From assembly GCA_965153455.1 (NCBI GenBank), contig OZ234493.1, forward strand, positions 10,158,213 to 10,222,212: DNA of 64,000 bases, read 5' to 3'. Source of the stretch: Sphagnum compactum (Eukaryota). This document shows positions 60,201 to 64,000 of this stretch, piece after piece. Made by a program: the position numbers and the translations under genes. The stretch's first letter is position 1; each line of letters opens with the position of its first letter. Under the pieces are notes generated by a model. The model was not told the origin of the DNA, did no database searches, and saw nothing but the letters and a program-made list of their open reading frames with translations.

Positions 60201-63200
60201 GAGCTAAAGAAGAAAAGAAAATTTGGGGTTGGTCACCCTTATAATGTGTCCTCAAGCGGCATTCGGTGGCATTAGGTCCACAATGCCCATGGTACCACAC
60301 TAAGCAGGAGTTGCAGGACATATTGGTTAAATTGGAAAAAAGAAACAAAACCTTTTTCCTTGGAAGGTGAATGTTGTCATATTGTTTGAGCATTCAAAAT
60401 GTTTTGCAGATCGTTTTACGAGAAGTTCCCACCATAGATACTTTATGCCCATGTTGTATGTTCTTGTGCAGGTTATGATTTTAATAGCTTATGTGTTGGA
60501 AAATGTTTTTGTAATTTTCACAATCCTCGAACTTTCTGGGTCCATGGGTTGCATCTTTTGGTTCATCCTATTCGTGGTTTAATTAAACGTAGCATCTTAC
60601 ATTTGCTCATGATATTATTCACTTTGTCCACCTAACGGTTACAGTTCGAAATGTGACTAATTACTAGGTTTCCATGGTTTCCCAAGATACATCAAAGTCA
60701 TGAAGATATTTCCTCATCTCAGTATGATTTGTTGGGGCTTCTAGGTTTTGACCATGAGCATATTGTCATACAATTTCACCTACAACATTGCCCATATAGC
60801 AATTGTTGACATTCATCATGCTAGACAGATGAAGTTGTTGGAAGACATGTGGTGCAATGGTGCATTGTCTCTTGACCAATACCATCTCCTTGACCAAATG
60901 ACCACAACAAGGACCTATTTTTCCTCTTCCTATCCCTACAAGGTTTTTGTTTTTGTGTTTGTTATTGAAGTTGTCAGGACTACTAATATGCACTTGTTTT
61001 CATTTTCTGCAAGTTGTCAACGATGTTCTACTACTAAGGGAGGACATAGACATCGGTTAGTTATTTGTTGGGAAGGTTGACTTGGAGTAGTAGGTTACAT
61101 TACATCTCATTTCGAAAAGATGCGGAAATAATCTTGTTGAACTTCATGATTGTCAGTTGTAAGGTGTCATGGTGAAATTGGGCAAGGCCAAAAACCCCAA
61201 GGGTGTCACTTCGGATGTGACAGAAACCTATGATGGAATCTAGTTTTACCCTACTAAAGACATTCATGATGATGATCAACAAACAATTAGCAACATTAAT
61301 GTGTCTACTACTATTCCAGTAGCTGACAACATCACTAACTTAGGTGTGATTCCATATTATTGCAAAATTATATATTTTGTCCTTGGTGGTTTGGTCTACC
61401 TTCTTGTTTGTTGTTTTTGTTTTGGGCCAACATATGTGTTATTTGCTTGGATTCTATCTTTAACATAAAAAATATAAAGTCCTAGGAGTTTTTTGGGTGA
61501 GGCTAAGGAGCAAATATAAAGGCTGCTACCTATATATTCAAGACTGATCACCAACATCCTCAACAACCCAATTCATTTTAGTGAAAATGTGCCTATTCCA
61601 TCTAGTCATGTGCAAAAAAAAAACAAGGGAAGTTGATTTATTGCAATGTTATGTGTATAATCCAAGCCCAGCTACTCCAGTCCATACAACATGTGCCCTC
61701 CTGATTTTCAATCTTTCACTATGACACCTTCCGTCCCTCTAGGATTGTGCCTTCTAGGAAAAACTAAACATAACCCCATGTGACCCATCCCCAACCTCAA
61801 TATCATGGTGGAGCTTCCCCCAAGAAATATTATGGGAGTGGAGCCAACTAACAAAGGAAAGGGGAGAAAACAAGAAAAAATGCAAGCTTTCAACCAGCCC
61901 ATTAACAATTCTACCTTGGAAATGTTGCCACATGATATTGGCATTAGATTTTTTTTATTTCCAAGAAACTATGTGCTACAAGGTTTAGGGTTTTTGATAG
62001 TATTGAATTTAGGGTGTTTGACAGAAATAATGTTTTGCAAGATGTCTTGTTGCTTGCAGGTTAACATCCTTTATACATGAGTTCATTATTAACAAGGGGG
62101 GTACCAAGGAACCAACACTCTCATTTTAGATCCAACAACATTATGCAAAATTGAAGCTTGATGCGGATATTTCCCTTTTAGACAACCCCACCAAGTGCCT
62201 AAGCATGGATGCCATGGATTTTTTCAGGTTGTGATTCTCACATTTTCATATTGATTCACAGCAAATGTACATCACACATCCTCACCTTTGGGACATTGTA
62301 AAAAATTGGACCAAGGAAAGAGGGGAATCAGAATAGAGTGTACTACAATTTGTCCAAAAGAAACTAGAAATCCCACTCTATGTCAAGGACCTCATAATCC
62401 CACTGCAGTATGCCAACCATTGGAGCATGATTATAATGAATGAGGACCAACTCCTACACTATGACCCTCTAAAGATTGAAAACATCATCCTGTTTGCATT
62501 GGTGCACTATTGTTTTGCCAAATTGTGGGTTGTTAGGCAAGGTCCCATGTCTTGGAATGCCACTTGGAAGTGGGCCACATCAAACAACTCTTGCGTGTGG
62601 CTAGATGGGCCACAACAAGAATTAGACTAGGAATGTAGGTTTTATGTTATGAAGTTCATAACTAGTTATTGCAAGTGGAAACCTACGAATCCGTTTAATA
62701 GCATTTAGGTATGTGTATGTTTGAAATCTTGGTAGATCTATATGTGATTGTAGCCCATTCTATGGTGCAACCTAACCTACTAGGTTTGGTGAATGTAGGT
62801 GACACCAAACATGTTCTCGAAGGTGGTAGTCGTTCAAGCATGAAACACATTGCGATCTACAGTTATAGATGCCCTACAACAATCAAGGTAATTAAAAACT
62901 AGGTGGATGGTTGGGGTGGACCTACCGATTGAAGGTGTATAATCAAATTCAACACACTCTCACAACATAATAAGAGCATGACGAAGTGGCAAAACAAAGA
63001 AGCTTGGTTCCTATGTTTCTCAGACAACAAATATATATATATATATGGCATTTAACATATGTTTTGGTTTTTTTTGTGCCAATAGATTTTGGTTGCCCTT
63101 CAACTTCAACATTGTGTATTATGTATTGTTTTGCTTTGTAAGGCCAAATGTTATGTGGGATTTATAGCCAATGTATGGCAATGACACATTATAGACAACC

Positions 63201-64000
63201 AACTTCAATTATTAATTGTGCCCTTTCTATGGACTATTTAAACTGAAGGGTATCACTTGTTGTAGTTGTTGTTGCATTGTTGGTTTCCAAGTTATAGGTG
63301 TGATGTCCAAATCTATTCATTACATTGTTGTTGGATTATTGTTGCATTATTGGTTTCTAGGTTGGCTATGTGGTTCTAAAGTGTATGTATAGGTTGTATT
63401 TGAGTGAATTACAATGTGGCATTCATGGTGTAAGGCACATATTCATTGGGTGTATTGCAACAAGTTGCAAATGGTACAATTGAACAACAATAGCATGCAT
63501 AAGATAAATGGATCGAAAACATTGAACACAATTTGCTTGCCATAGTTGCATCCATCACACAATAAACCACTTCAATCTACAACAATATATTCCCATATTA
63601 AACATACACTTAAACCCCAAAGTAGAAGCCATAGAACATTGATTATGTCTACAATGTGTTATTACATATTTTGTGACAATAATGTCTACCAAATGTTCCT
63701 ATAATTCCTTGTACAATGTCCCATAAAAAATGTATAAATCCAATATTTGTGTTTAAATTGTTTTCAGATTCCAGCAAACATTATTTGGTACATAAAAAAA
63801 CCCCAACAAATCACAAAAAAAAACTTAAAATTGACCCCACCTTAAGGTACCACATTTCAGATGTGCCTATGCCTTGTTGTTCTATCCTTCAAATGGTTGT
63901 GTTTCTAGGCAGGGGATTCGAGCAGTCCTCTATGCCTTTTTAATGCATTATCACTTACTACGTATGGGAACAAAGTTGTGGTAGCTTGGTGTGCCAAGTT
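57270..64000 (+). mobile_element. Large decayed DNA-transposon-derived region (MULE/CACTA-type, Ulp1-carrying)
   Basis: CpG-depleted, with broken exon-like ORFs (57608-57826, 58755-59633) and a recognisable Ulp1 exon. Boundaries are not defined. Confidence 0.45.
62228..62708 (+). pseudogene. Ulp1/peptidase C48 (SUMO-protease-like) domain remnant
   Basis: KDLIIPLQYANHWSMIIM...LHYDPL...GPQQELD*ECRFYVMKFI shows His, Asp, oxyanion Gln and Cys motifs in C48 order. Bounded by ttttcag and gtatgt. Contains in-frame stops. Confidence 0.75.

Overview
Eukaryotic, AT-rich land-plant genomic DNA. The intron style, repeat landscape and protein sequences suggest a bryophyte, possibly Sphagnum-like; this is an inference. 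Five protein-coding loci are supported. (1) An 8-exon minus-strand TPX2-family (MAP20/MDP60-like) microtubule-associated protein, 6082-9388, which also carries a plant calmodulin-binding-domain-like motif. (2) A low-complexity unknown protein, ~35419-37041. (3) An intronless Aha1-N-domain Hsp90 co-chaperone-like gene, 41390-42013. (4) A 3-exon complex I subunit B16.6/GRIM-19 (NDUFA13), 43735-46076, minus strand. (5) An intronless presenilin, 53257-54690. The rest is a dense transposon landscape: PIF/Harbinger MITEs with TTA/TAA TSDs, hAT MITEs with 8-bp GTnnnnAC TSDs (two sit back-to-back sharing one TSD), a 244-bp Mutator-like element holding an intact zinc knuckle, a Helitron-like insertion with stacked 5' ends inside a foldback element, a decayed Gypsy pol ending in a PHD finger, a Copia gag relic and a decayed Ulp1 (C48) protease exon. 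No rRNA, tRNA, CRISPR or prokaryotic system was seen. Nothing here is provably novel without database searches. The best candidates are the CaM-binding/TPX2 architecture, the hAT target-site stacking, a possible exitron and several hairpins.
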